In this document: one piece after another, positions 1 through 13,800 of the stretch
How positions within the stretch are numbered: the first letter of the stretch is position 1
Layout: each line of letters begins with the position of its first letter
Program-made: the position numbers and the translations under genes
Assembly (NCBI GenBank): GCA_013265495.1
Contig: MU057656.1
Span: forward strand, 1 to 64,000
Reading direction: 5' to 3'
Source of the DNA: Vicugna vicugna
Lineage: Eukaryota
DNA: 64,000 nt
The notes under the pieces: generated by a model
The model's input: the letters and a program-made list of their open reading frames with translations, nothing else
What the model was told of the DNA's origin: nothing
Databases searched by the model: none

Positions 1-52
1 ACACTGTAAAATGATTATGAATCAATAAAAAATGTAAACAAAAAATAAATAA
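1..52 (+). mobile_element. 3' terminus and A-rich tail of an L1 abutting ORF1 of the unit A L1
   Basis: acactgtaaaatgattatgaatcaataaaaaatgtaaacaaaaaataaataaa matches the L1 3' end at ~4737-4780 and the reverse complement at ~9186-9230. ORF1 resumes at aaaggtgtagcaaagctgac, which is uninterrupted at ~62892. Confidence 0.75.
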
Positions 53-3000
53 AGGTGTAGCAAAGCTGACTTGATAATGCAGAGGAATGAATTAGTGACT
101 TAGAAGACAGGAAAATAGAAAGCACCCAATGAGAAGAGCTACAAGAGAAACAATGAGAAACAAATGAAAAAAGCATAAGGGACCTATGGGATAATAGAAA
201 GCCTGCCAATCTTGGCATGATAGAAATCTCAAATGGGGAAGAAAGATCAAAGGGGATTGCAAAGTTTTTTGTAGAAATCATGACTGAGAACTTCCAAAAC
301 TTACAGAAGGAATCAGATAACCAAGTACAGGAAGCTCAGAGTGTCCCAAACAGGAAGAACAAAAATACACCCACACCGAGACATTTAATTATGATGGCCA
401 GATTCAAGGATAAAGAAATGATCCTAAAGACAGCAAGAGAATAGTAAAGTGTGAGTTACAAGGGACTCCCCATAAGGCTACCAGCTGATTTCTCTACACA
501 AATACTACAGCCCAGAATGGAGTGCAAGATATATTCAAAGTCCTGAATGTAAAAATTATATACTGTAAGATACTTTGACCAGCAATGCTATCCTTTTTGG
601 TAGATGTGGAAGAAAAGGATTTCACAGACAAGAAAAAGCTTAAAGAGTTTAGCAACACTAGACCCATGCTAAAAGAATTATTGAAAGGTCTACTCTAAAA
701 AGAAAAGCAGCAGGATTCTACAGAAATGTCAAACTCACAGCTTGAAACGTGATAATTAATGAATTACAAATAAAAAACACAAAATTTTGAAACAATTCAT
801 ACAAATCATTGAGAGTGGGAGAGGGAGGCTCGAAACTAGAGTTTTTTTTTTTTGGTTTTTCATTTTAAAATTTTTTGTTCTCTGTAGGATGGTTTGAGAT
901 CATGTTGCTATCCGTTTAATAAATGCAGTTATAGTAATGGTCTAATGGAATTATAAAAGTGTAACAAGAAGACAAAAACTTATCAGGGAGTCACTAAAAC
1001 TAAATAAAATTCATGATAATACAAAGGAAAATAACCAAACCTTAAAAGGAAGATGAAGGGAACGAAGTGGAAATACCAAATTAACTGCTAAGTTAAGGTC
1101 AAATTTGCATTAAACAGAAGCCTATCATCAATTATTGAAAATGTTAATGGACTAAATGCTCCAGTCGAAAGTCATAGAGTGACAGGCTGGATAATAAAGC
1201 AAGAACCTTCAATATGCTGCATACAAGAGACCCACTTCAGAGAGAAGGACACATATAGATTGAGAGTGAAAGGATGGAAAAGGGTATTCCATACAATTTG
1301 AAAAGTCATAAAACAGGTGTTGCATTACTGATTTCAGACAAAATACTCTTTAAAACAAAGGCCATGAAGAAAGATAGAGTACATTTTACAATGATTGAAG
1401 GAGTGATACAATATGAGGATAGCACACTCATTAATATATATGCACCAAATATAGGAGGACCTAAGTACATAAAATAATTACTAACAGATATAAAGGGGTA
1501 GTCATATTTGTAGATTTCAACACTGCTTTAACATCACTGGACAGATCATCGAGACAGAAAATAAATTAGGCAACAGAAAAATTAAAAAATACAATAGAAA
1601 TATTAAACTTGGTGGATACTTTCATAGCATTGCAAACCCCCAAAATAGGATATACATTCTTTTCAAGTGCACGTGGAACTTTTTCCAGGATTCATGATGT
1701 ACTTGGGCACAAAAGAAACCTCAGCAATTTTAAGAAGATAGAAATTACCTCAACATCTTTACTGACCACAATGCCATGAAGCTAGATCAACAACAGAGAA
1801 ACAAAGGAGAGCAAAGGAAAACATGGGGATTAAACAATATGTTATTAAAAAACCAAGGAGTCAATGAAGAAATCAAAGATGAAATGACAAATTACCTTGA
1901 GAGAAAAGAAAATGAAAGCAAAACCACACAAAATTTATAGACACAGTAAAAGCAGTGCTCAGAGGGGAGTTTTAGGGCTAAAATGAAGAACAACCACAAA
2001 TAAACAATTGAACCCACCAGTAGAAAGAACTAGAAAAACAAGACCAAAAAACCCCAAAAGACAGCAGAGGGAAGAAAATCATCAATATTGGGGAGGAAAT
2101 AAAGAAAATAGAGTTTAAAAATTAAATAGGAAAATAGTCAACCTATTCAAAAGCTGGTTTTTCCAAGAAGTAAGTAAAATCGACAAACCTCTGGCCAAAC
2201 TCAAAAAGAAGAACAGAGAGAGAGCACAAATTAGCAAAATAAGAAAGGAGAATGGAGAAATTACAACAAAAAAATAGAAATACAGAATATCATTTGAGAA
2301 TATTATGAAGAGTATGTGGTACCAAACTGTATAACCTAGAGGAGATGGACAAGTTCTGGAAGCATACTGTCCACCAAGAGTGAATCAGGACAAAACTGAC
2401 CCCTTGAACAAACAGAGCACTAGAAATGAAATCAAAATAGCAATATAAAATCTCCCAACAAATAACAGTCCAGGACCAGATGGATTCACAGCAGAATTCT
2501 AGCAAACAAAGAAGAACATGTACCAGTCCTTCTCAAACTCTTCCAGAAGAGTGAAAAGGAAGGAATACACACAAAGACATTCTATGAAGCCACAATCACC
2601 CTAATACCACAACCAGGCAAAGACACTACCAAAAAAGAGGATTATAGGCCAATGTCACTGATGAACACAGATGCCAAAATCCTAACCAAAATAGTAGCAA
2701 ATAGAATCCAAACACAGAAAAAAAAAGATTATATATCATGACCAAGTGGGGATCATGCCAGGGACATAGGGGTGGTTCAACTTATGCAAATCAATGTAAT
2801 ACAGCACATCCACAAGTGAAAGGACCAAAACCACATGATCATCTCAATAGATGCAGGAAAAGCATTTGATAAAATTCAAAACCCATGTATGATAAAAAAT
2901 CTCACCAAAGTGGGCATACAGGGAATATATCTCAGCATCATGAAAGCTATAGATAACAAACCTACAGCCAGGATACTACTCAAAGGTGAGAAAGTCAAAT

Positions 3001-4790
3001 TCTTCCTACTAAAATCTGGGACAGTAAAAGGTTGCAAGCTATCATGACTCCTACTCAAGATAGTCTTGGAATTCCTAACTACAGCAATCAAACAAGAGAG
3101 AGAAGTAAAAGGGATGCCAATTGGAAAGCAAGAGATAAAATCTAACTATATGAAGATAATATGCTACTATTTATAGAAAACCCTACAAGATCCAGAATGT
3201 ATTTACTATAGCTGATCAAAGAATTCAGCATGGTAGCAGGTTACAAGATTAAGGTTCAAATATCAGTGGCATTTCTTAACGCTAATGATTCAGATAATAC
3301 TACAGAGCTACAGTCAACATGACAGCACTCTATTGGTAGATAAACATAGGCCAATGGCACAGAATAGAGAGCCCAGAAATGGACTCGAAAACATTTGGTC
3401 AATTAATCTTTGACAAAGGACGCAAGAAAAAACAATGGAAAAGTGATAGTCTCTTCAGAAACTGGTGTTTGGAAAACTGGACAGCAGCATGTAATTCAAT
3501 GAAGCTAGAACAGTCCCAATGAAGCTAGAACACCATACACAAAAATAAACTCAGAATGGATCAAACTTAAACATAAGACAATATACAATAAACCAACAAG
3601 AGGAAAATATAGGCAAAACGTTATCTGAGATAAGTCTCGAAAATTTCCTCTTAGAAGAAATAAAAGCAAGAATAAACAAATGAGACCTCATGTAACTTAC
3701 AAGTTTCTGCACAGTAAAGAAACCAGAAGTAAAATAAAAAGACAACCTACGGAATGGGAAAAAAAATTGCATATGAAACCATCAAAGACTTGATCTCCAG
3801 AGTATATAAGCAGCTCATCCAACTGAATAAGAAAAAAAAAAAAAACCGAATACAAAATTGGGCAGAAGACCTAAACAAGCAATTCTCCAAGGAAGACATA
3901 CAAGTGATCAAAAGGCACATCAGAAAATGCTCAATATCACTTATTATCAGAGAAATGCAAATCAAAACTGCAATGAGGTATCACCTCACACCAGTCAGAA
4001 TAGCCATCATTCAAAAATGCACAGATGACAAATGCTGGAGAGGCTGTGGAATAAAGGGAACCGTCCTTCATTGTTGGTGGCAATGCAGTTTGGTGCAGCC
4101 ACTGTGGAAAACAGGATGGAGATTCGTCAAAAGCCTAGGAATAGACCTACCATATGACCCAGGAATCCCGCTCCTGGGCATAAATCCAGAAGGAACCCTA
4201 CTTCAGGATGACACCTGCACACCAATGTTCATAGCCAGCACCATTTACAATAGCCAAGACACGAAAACAGCCTAAATGTCCATCGACAGTTGACTAGATA
4301 TAGAAGAGGTGGTATATTTATACAATGGAATAGTAGTCAGTCTTATGAGCTGACAACATAATGCCATTTTCAGCAACATGGATGCTCCTGGAGAAAATCA
4401 GTCTATGTGAAGTAAGCCAGAAAGAGAAAGAAAAATACCATATGAGAAGGCTCATGTGTGGTATTTAAAAACCAAACCAAACCAAACAAAAAACTCATAA
4501 ATACAAAACAGAAATAGACTCGCAGGCAGAGAATACAAAGTTTTGGTTGCCAAGTGGGTGGGGTGTGGGAATAGATAGGCTGGGATGTCAAAATTTTAAA
4601 ATAGATTAACAGGATTGTACTGTATAGCACAGGGAAATATATAAAATTCTTACAGCAGCTCACAGGGGAAAAATGGGACAACAAATGTATATATGTTCAA
4701 TGTAACTAAAAAATTGTGCTCTACGATGGAATTTGAGACAACTTTATAAAATGATTAAAAATCAATAAAAAAAAGTTAAAAATGAGAAAA
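53..4790 (+). mobile_element. LINE-1, decayed (ORF1 3' part, ORF2, 3'UTR, A tail)
   Basis: ORF1-like peptide at 217-444. ORF2 EN remnants (CIQETHF, NIYAPN), RT remnant ([15 protein letters not shown] at 2835) and C-terminal remnant (3754-4275, [26 protein letters not shown]). Many stops and frameshifts; aataaa at ~4764. Confidence 0.96.
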
Positions 4791-7700
4791 ACATGACCCT
4801 AATTATTACAGGTGTATTACAGAAAATACAAATTAGAGAGAAAAATAACTATGCAAAAGAGTAGTAAAACCAAAGATTCTGTTTTTGTTTTCTTTTTAAG
4901 ATAAGAAAATCAAAAAACCTCTAGCCAGATGCATCATGAAGAAAAGAGAGATGCTCCAAAGGAATAAAGTCAGAAATAAATGTGGAGAAATAACAATAGT
5001 TCCCTCAGATATACATAAAAGGGATCATTTTGTCAACACTTACATGCCAATAAAGTGGACAACTTAGAAGAAATAGACAAATGTCTAGAAAAAGACAGGG
5101 ATAAGAAGAAACAAATAATTTGAGCAAACTGTTTACTAGAAAAAGGAAGAATTTGCACTTAAAAAAATCATTAAATGTTAGTGAAGATTTAAAAAGCTCC
5201 CGTGGAAAACTGTACAAAAAAAGAAAGCAGAATTTATACTCTTCAAACTATTCAAAAATAGTGAAGATGTGGGAAACACACAAATTAATTCTATGAAGCT
5301 TTCTTCACCCTGATAGCAAAGCCAACAAAAAAGGTACAGGCAAAGTGAATTTCAAGCCAATATCTTTGATTGATATAGATGCAAAAATTCTACAAAATAT
5401 TAATAGCAAACCAAATTCAGCAATACCTAAAATGATTTATACAACACGATCAAATTTAACTCATTGCAGGGTCATAAGAGAGGTGGAACACACATGAAAT
5501 CAATCAGTTTGATACACCACATTAACAAAAGAAAAAGGGGAATTGATGTGGTCATCCCAATAAATTCATAAAAAGCATTTAACAAATTTCAACTTTTATT
5601 AAATAAAAAAGTGGCAACAACAGCAGCAACAACAGCAACAACAACAACAGAAATCTCTTAGCAAAGTAGGATTCAGGAAATATATCTCAACATAACTAAA
5701 CTCATTAATAACAGACACACAGACAACATAATATGCAAAAGTGAATAACTGAAATCCAAATTCAGGAATAAGGAAAGGATGCCCACTCTCACCATTTCTA
5801 TTAAACACAGTATGGGAAGTCCTTGCAACAGCAATCAGAATAGAAATAAATTTATTCAAGTTGGATTGGATGAAGTAAAACTGCTATTATTTTAGATGAC
5901 ATGATAATCTATATAGAGAACCCTAAAGAGTCTCCACACAAAATCAAATAAAACTAATAAATACATTTAGGAAAGTAACATGATTCATGATTAATAAACA
6001 AAAACTGTCACATTTCTTTACCCTAACAAAGAAATATTCCATAATTTTAAAAAGTGCATATGCTATCAGATCAAAAATAAAAACCTATGAATAGGTTTGA
6101 ATGAACCAAGATAATAAAATCTAGAGGACACTGATAAAGAAATTTGAAGATGATCCAAAGAAATGGAAAGAAATCTCAAGGTCTCAGTTTAGAGGAATAA
6201 ATATTGTTAAAATATACATACTACAAATGATGTCTGCAGATAAAAAGTGATTCAAATCGAACTACATGATATTTTACACAGAAATTAAAACAGTCCTAAG
6301 ATTGTTATGGAACAGCAAAATTACCAGAACTTCAAAAGAATCAATGAGGAAAAAGAACAAAGTTGAAGTCATAACCAATAACCCTCCCAGATATCAGACT
6401 ATATTACAAAAAAAGTAATCAAAATAGCACAATTCTGGAAAATGAACAAACATCTATATCATTGGAGCAGAGCACAGAGGCAGAAATAAAACATCACACC
6501 CACGGTCATCTAAACTATGACAAAGGAAAAAAAATATACAATGCCTAAAAGACAGTCTTCAGCAAGATGTTGAGAAAGCTAGAAAGCTACATGTAAATCA
6601 ATGAAATTAGAACACTCCCTCACACTGTACAAAAATAAAATCAAAATGTTTAAAATATCTGAATCTAATACATGACACAATAAAACTCCTGGAATCTAAC
6701 ATAGGCAACAGAAGACATAAATTGTAGCGAAATTTTCTTATGTCAATCTCCCAAGCTGAGAACATTAAAAGCAAAATAATCCAATAAGTCCTAATTAAAC
6801 TTAAAACCTTATACACACCAAAATAAACAATATGAAAAGATGAAATTCCAAATGGGAGAAAACATTAGGAAACAATGCCATCAGCAAGAGGTTAATTTCT
6901 AAAATACACAAATCGTTCATACAACTCCATTTCAAAAATCTACAAACAACTCAGCCAGAAAATGAGCAGAAGACAATTCTCTAAAGAAGACACACAGATG
7001 ACAATCAGAAACATAAAAACATGCTCACAAAGCTAATCATTATACAAATGCAAGACAAAAATAAAATAATGTTTTACCTCACACTAGTGAGAAGGGATGT
7101 CATCTAAATGTCTTCAAATAATAAAGACAATGTCTTCAAAAAGACTGGGGCAGTTGTGGAGAATAAGGGACTCTCCAACGCTGTTGGTGGGAATGAAAAT
7201 TGGTGCAAGCACTTTGGAAACAGTATGGAAGCTCCTTTAAATAATTAAAATAAACCTATCATATGACAAAGCAATTCCACTCCTGGGCATATAAAGCATA
7301 AAACCTGAAAATAAAGAATCCTAGGGTAAAATATAAGAAGTAAACTCTGACATTGGACTTAAATTGATTCTATATATGTCTCCTATGAAAAGGGAATCAG
7401 AAGCAAAACTAAAAAAATAAGATTGTATCACTCTAAACAGATATACACTGCAGAAGAAATGATCAATAAAACGAAAAGTCAACAAACACATTGGGAGAAT
7501 ATATTTGCAGGTGATAATTTCCAATCAAGTGTTAATATCCAAATATATGGCAAACTCTTACCCCTCAACAACAACAAAAAAGACCAAACAATGCAATTAA
7601 AAAAACTGGTCATAGGAACTGAATAGATATATCTGAATCAATTATCTGTAGAAAACATACAGTTGGCTAAATGACACACGAAAATATGTTCAGAGTTATA

Positions 7701-7850
7701 AATTATTAGGAAAGTCATAAACCAAAAATGAGACAAGACCTCACAATTGTCAGAAGGTTCTCATCAAAAAGAAAATAAATATACATGTTGGTGAGATTGT
7801 GGAGAAAAAGAACACCATGGACACTGTTGATAGTAATGCAAAGTATTGAT
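4791..7850 (+). mobile_element. Older LINE-1 ORF2 fragments (at least two, junction ~7300)
   Basis: Degenerate ORF2 motifs (gatatagatgcaaaaattc, ggatgcccactctcaccatt, gatgacatgataatctatatagagaaccctaaag, ccactcctgggcatata). A second ORF2 3' fragment restarts near 7300. Confidence 0.85.
5614..5650 (+). repeat. (CAA/CAG)n trinucleotide microsatellite
   Basis: gcaacaacagcagcaacaacagcaacaacaacaacag; a degenerate counterpart is at ~41175-41222. Confidence 0.85.
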
Positions 7851-7910
7851 TACATTGCATATATACATCAAATTTTCTTCATCCATTTTTCTGTCGAGGA
7901 ATGTTGGGTT

Positions 7911-8350
7911 TGTAGGCTCTTGTCTGAAGGCTCTAGAGAATAAGCCCATGGGCTGAACTGATAAACAAGCTGTGAGGAATGTCACATATCCAGGCTGGAT
8001 AAGAAATTACCTGCTCATTGAATCCAGTATGGATGGCTGGATAGCCTATGCTGTGTAAGATCCTCAGAGGAGGACAACCTAAGACAAGCACAGCCGGCTG
8101 GATAAGATATGGCCTACTTAATGAAGTTCCGTGATGAACTTTAAAACAATCCTTGATTATTTACAACTTGTGCTTTCTGCAGGAGCATGGGGACATAAAT
8201 ATCTTAAGATTATTAACATTGTTATAACTTAGATGATATGTGAGGTATTGTGCATGTCCTATATAAACCATTTTCTTAGAATCAACAAAAAGAGAACTGC
8301 TCCGCTTCTCTCCACACAGTGTTTGTGTATATATGATATCGTGCCACTGG
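7911..8350 (+). mobile_element. ERV LTR-like element (probably solo or truncated)
   Basis: Non-L1 island starting TGTAGG, with internal repeats (ggctggataaga x2-3), a TATA-like tatataaa at ~8259, and a polyA signal intact in the unit B copy. Family not identified; no clear 3' CA end or TSD. Confidence 0.6.
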
Positions 8351-8369
8351 CAGGGTTAATTTAATTTGT

Positions 8370-9183
8370 TGGGAGTATCTTAAAATTATGTTGCATTATA
8401 TACAATGCCCTTTTTGCACCTAATGAAATTATTATGTGAGTTTTATTTCTCATTCTATTAGTGTGGCATTTCACCTTTATTGATCTGAATATTTTGAGGT
8501 ATTCTTAAACCCAGGGATATATCCTTTTACTCATGTGTGTGTATGATACATTAAATGTGTTGTTGAATTCATTTTGCTTGTGTTTTGTTGAGAATTTTGG
8601 CACATATGTTCATCAGGGGTAATATACCATATTTTGCTTCTAATGTCCTTTCTAGCTTTGTTATGCAAATAAAGCTGGCATCATAAAACAAGTTTGGAAT
8701 CTATCACCCCCTTCAAATTCTTGGAAGATTTGTGGAAGAATTGGTGAAAACTTGTCTTCAAATGTATGACAGACTTCACTAGTAAAGTCATCTTGTAAAT
8801 TTTTTCTGGTTTGGGAAGTTTGGATTACTGATTTTCTCATGCACACTTTTCTTGTATATAACTTTCTAATTTCTTCTTGATTCAGTATTGGAATACATAT
8901 GTTTCTGGGTATTTGTCTTTTGTTCTAGGTCATTCAAATCGTTGGCTAGTGGTAATTTCTTATGATGCTATGCATCTCTACAACATCAGTGGTAATATCT
9001 TCTCTATTATTTCTAATTTTATTTGAGTTTTTATTTTCTTAACCAACCTAAACGTTTGTCCACTTTATGTTTAAAAGAAACAGACTTTGGTTTTTTTTTT
9101 ATCATTTCTATTGTTTCTCTTGTTATTTGCCTTACTCTCATTAATTCAATTTTCTTCTTTATTCTTTCTGTTTTCTCCTAGAT
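8370..9183 (-). mobile_element. Old LINE-1 ORF2 fragment (target of the younger insertion; continues ~10827-10870)
   Basis: Antisense RT-region motifs; continuous in unit B at ~43910-44760. Confidence 0.8.
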
Positions 9184-10826
9184 TCTTTTTTTAAACATTT
9201 TTTATTGATTTATAATCATTTTACAATGTTGTGTCAAATTGCAGTGTTCAGCACAATTTTTCAGTCATTCATGGACATATACACCATCATTGTCACATTT
9301 TTTTCTCTGTGATTTATCATAACATTTTGTGTATATTTCTCTGTGATATGCAGTGTAATCTTGTTTATCTACTCTACAATACTGAAATACCAGTCTTTCC
9401 CTTCTCACCCTCTACCCCCCTGGTAACCACAAGTCTGTATTCTCTGTTCATGTGTCTATTTCTGTCCTGTATTTATGCTTTGTTTGTGTATATTTGTTTG
9501 TTTTTGTTTTTTAGATTCCACATATGAGCGATCTCATATGTTTTTTTCTTTCTCTTTCTGTCTTACTTCACTTAGAATTGCATTCTCTAGGAGCATCCAT
9601 GATGCAGCAAATGGCATTATGTTGTTGGTTTTTATGGCTGAGTAGTATTCCACTGTATAAATATGCCACATCTTCTTTGTCCAGTCACCTGTTGATGGAC
9701 ATTTAGGCTGTTTCCATGTTTTGGCTATTGTAAATAGTGCTGCTATGAACATTTTGGTGCAGGTGTCTTCCTCAAGTAGATTTCCTTCTGGATACAAGCC
9801 CAGGAGTGGGATTCCTGGGTCATATGGTAAGTCTATTCCTATTCTTTTTAGGAATCTCCACACTGTTTTCCATAGTGTCTGCACCAAACTGCATTCCAGC
9901 CAGCAGTGTAGGAGTGTTCCCCTTTTTCCATAGCCTCTCCAGCATTTGTCATTTTTGGATTTTTGAATGATGGCCATTCTGACTGGTGTGAGGTGATACC
10001 TCATTGTAGTTTTGATTTGCATTTCTCTGATAATTTGTGATTTGAACATTTTTTCATGTGCTTTTTGATCATTTGTATGTCTTCCTTGGAGAATTGCTTT
10101 AATGCAATCCCTATCCAATTACCCAGGACATATTTCACAGAACTAGAACAAATCATAATAAAATTTATATGGAACCATCAAAGACCTAGAATTGCTAAAG
10201 CATTACTGAAGAGAAAGAAAGAGGCTGGAGGAATAACTCTCCCAGACTTCAGACAATACTATAGAGCTACAGTCATCAAGACAGCATGGTATTGGTACCA
10301 AAACATACATATGGAAACATGTAACAGAATAGAGGGCCCAGAAATGAACCCACAAATCTTTGGTCAACTAATCTTCGACAAAGGAGGCAAGAATATACAA
10401 TGAAATAAAGACAGTCTCTTCAGCAAATGGTGTTGGGAAAACTGGACAGCAGCATGTAAAACAATGAAGCTAGAACACACCCTTACATCATATACAAAAA
10501 TCAACTCAAAATGGATTAAAGACTTAAACATAAGACAAGATACAATAAACCTCCTAGAGGAAAACATAGGCAAAACATTATCTGACATACATTTCAAAAA
10601 TTTTCTCCTAGAAGAAATAAAAGCAAGAATAAACAAATGGGACCTAATGAAACTTACAAGCTCCTGCAGAGCAAAGGAAATCAGAAATAAAAGAAGAAGA
10701 AACCTATGGATCGGGAAAAAATTTTTGCAAGTGAAACCGACAAAGGCTTGATCTACAAAATATATAAGCAGCTCATATGACTCAATAAGAAAAAATAAAC
10801 AACCCAATCCAAAAATGGGCAGAAGA
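9184..10826 (-). mobile_element. 5'-truncated, 5'-inverted (twin-primed) younger LINE-1 insertion, unit A only
   Basis: T tail at ~9186. Antisense 3'UTR and ORF2 C-terminus run to ~10099 (ORF 9534-10118), then a sense ORF2 segment spans ~10098-10826. Imperfect TSD tctcctagat (9174-9183) / tctccttgat (10827-10836). Empty site at ~44713-44735. Confidence 0.92.
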
Positions 10827-10889
10827 TCTCCTTGATATTTGATGTATAAAGTTAAGTAGTGTGAATCTTTGTATTTCTTTTATTATTAA

Positions 10890-13800
10890 ATATTATTTTT
10901 TATTTATTTATTTACATATTTATTCATTTATCATTGAAATATGCCATTTACAATGTGTCAATCTGTGGTGTATAGCATATTGTCCCCGTACATGCATATA
11001 TTTCTGTGCCTATAAAACGTTACTTCACGTTATTTAACATACTGCCATGTGTCATACAAAAGAAATTTTGAAAACATCTATTTTTATATATAGTGGATAA
11101 CATTTATAAATCTACTGCTCCCACAGCCCCTTTCTGCAGTAATCGTAAAATTGTTTAGTAGATCTGCGAGTGTGTTTCAGTTTTGTTGATGAAATCCTTG
11201 TGTTCTCATCCAAATTTTTTTTAAGCTTCTTCATATGTAATGTCATGTATTATATTTGTTTCTGGCTTACTTCAATTAGAATGACACTTTTTGGGGACAT
11301 ACATTTTGCTGCAAATCTCATTGTTTTATTATTTTTTATTGCAGAATATTATTCAATTGTGTAAATATGGCATAACTTCTGTATACTCTGATCTGTTGTT
11401 GTACAATTAGGTTGCTTCCATGTTGTGGCTGTTGTATACAGCACTGCTAAGGCCATTGTGGTGCAGGTGTCTTTTTGAAATAGGGTTCCCTTTGATATGT
11501 ACCCAGAAGTGGGATTGCTGGATCGTATGTTAAGTTTATTTTTATCCATTAGAAGAATCCCCATCCTGGTTTCCACAATGACTGCACCAAACTACATTCC
11601 TACCAACAGTGTAGAAAGGTTCCCTTTCTCCACAGCTTCCCCTTCTCCACAGCTTCCCCAGCATTTATTGTTAGTGGACTTTTGAATGATGAGCATTGTG
11701 ACTACCGTGAAGTGATACTTCATTATAGCTTTGAATTGCCTTTCTCTGATAATAATAGTGAGCAATTTTATTTTTTCATATATCTGTGTGGCATTTGAAT
11801 GTCTCTATTGGAGAAATGCTTGTTTAGGGCTTCTGCACATTTTCAGATTGGGTTTCTTGCTTTGTTAAATTATTGTTATGTTGTATGAAGTCTTTATATT
11901 TTGGAAATTAAGACTTTGTCAGTTGCATCAATTCTAAATTTTCCTTTCAGCTTGTAGGTTGTCATTTTGCTTTGTTTATGGTTCCCTTTGCTGTGCAAAA
12001 GCTTATAAGTTTTATTGGGTCCCATTTATTAATTTTGCTCTTACATCCCTTCCCTGGGTAGTCTATTCTAGGAGATCATTGCTGAGATTTATCTCAGAGT
12101 GTTTTGTCTATGATTTCTTCTAGGAGATTTACTGAATCTTGCTTATATTAAAGTCTTTGAGCCATTTTGAGTTTATTCTTGTGTTTGGGGTGAAGGATTC
12201 TTCTTACTCCATTGCTCTGATGCTTGTATCCATTTATCCCAACACCATTTGTTGAAGAAATGGTCTTTTCTCTGTCATATTCTTGGCTACTCTGTCAAAG
12301 ATTAATTGAACAAAGGTCTGTATATTTATTCCTAGGATCTCTATTCTGTTCCATTGGTCCATATGCCTGTTTCTGTATCAATATCTTGTCATTTTCATTA
12401 TTGGAGCTTTGCAATAGCGTATGGAGACTTGATGGGTTATTCCTCCCACCTCTTTCTTTTACTCCAATTTTGCTTTGGAAACTATGGATATTTAATGACC
12501 CTATGTAAATATTAGGATCATTTGTTTCAGTCCTAAAAAGAAATGTTTTGCATAATTTGATAGGAAATCAAATTTTCTTGCCTGATCATTGTGGCTAGGA
12601 TTTCCAAGACTATAATGAATTGAAATTGTGAGAATGAGCAACCTTGAATTGTGTCAGGTTTTTGTGAGAAGGGTTGCAGTTTTTCACCATTGAGTATTTT
12701 GCTGGCTATATATTTGTCATTAATCGCTATTTTTATGTTGACATATGGTCCCTCATTACCCACTGTGATTAGAACATTTTTTGCAGATAGGTGTTAAATG
12801 TTATCAAACATTTTTTCTGCATCTACTGAGATTATCATGTGGTTTTTTGCCCTCTCTTTTGTTGATATGTTATATCACAATTGATTGATTGATTTGCATA
12901 GGTTACACCATCCTTGTGTTTCTGGGATTTACTTAACTTCATAATGGTGTATGATCTTTTTATACATGCTGTTGAATTCTGTTTGCTAATAATTACTTAA
13001 GGACTTTTACATCTATATTTATAAATGATATTCCCCTATAGTTTTCTTTTCAGGTAGTGTCTTTGTCTCATTTTGTTACCAGGTTGATGTTGGCCTTATG
13101 GTGTGAGTTTGGGAGTACTCTGTCCATATCTAGCTTTTGGAAGTGTTTGAGGAGGACTAATATGGATTTTTCTTTGTATGTTTGGTAAAATTCCCCAGTG
13201 AATCTATTTGGGTCTGAATTTTTGTTTGCAGAGATTTTTTATTTTATTCATAATTCTATTCCATTTCTGGTGATCTGTCTGTTCAAATGGTCAATTTCTT
13301 CTTGATGCAATAATGGTGGGCTGAATGTTTCCAGAAACTTCTCCATTTTTTCTAGATTATCCAGTTTGTTTCCATGCAGTAGCTCATGGTATTCCCTTAT
13401 GGTGTTTTGCAGATTTGATGTACTCTTTGTAGTTTCCCCATTTTCATTTCTTATGTTATTTGTGTTCTCTCTCTATTCTTGTTGGTGAGCCTGTCCTGAG
13501 TTTAGTCAGATTTGTTGACTATTTCAAAAAACAGTTTGATTTTTCTATTTTTTAATCTTTAGTTCAATTCTTTCTCCCTTGATCTTTATTTCCCACTTTC
13601 TGCTGACCTTGGTTGTGTTTGCTCTTCTCTTCATGGTTAGATTACAAGAACGTTAGATTATTTATTTGAAATTGCTCTTCTACTTTGGGGTTGACCTTTT
13701 CATTATGAACTTCCCCCTTAAGCCTACTTTAACTATATTCCAAAAACTATGTGTAGTGTTCTGTCATATTTCTCAAGATATTTTTTAAATTCTTCTTTTA

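Noticed and set aside
3754..4275. 173-aa ORF (also 9534-10118, 39461-39706 and similar) as functional genes
   Set aside because: These are fragments of the L1 ORF2p C-terminus within elements carrying many stops, frameshifts or 5' truncation.
5599..5859. ORF with a poly-cysteine tract
   Set aside because: It is the antisense reading of a (CAA/CAG)n microsatellite inside a dead L1.
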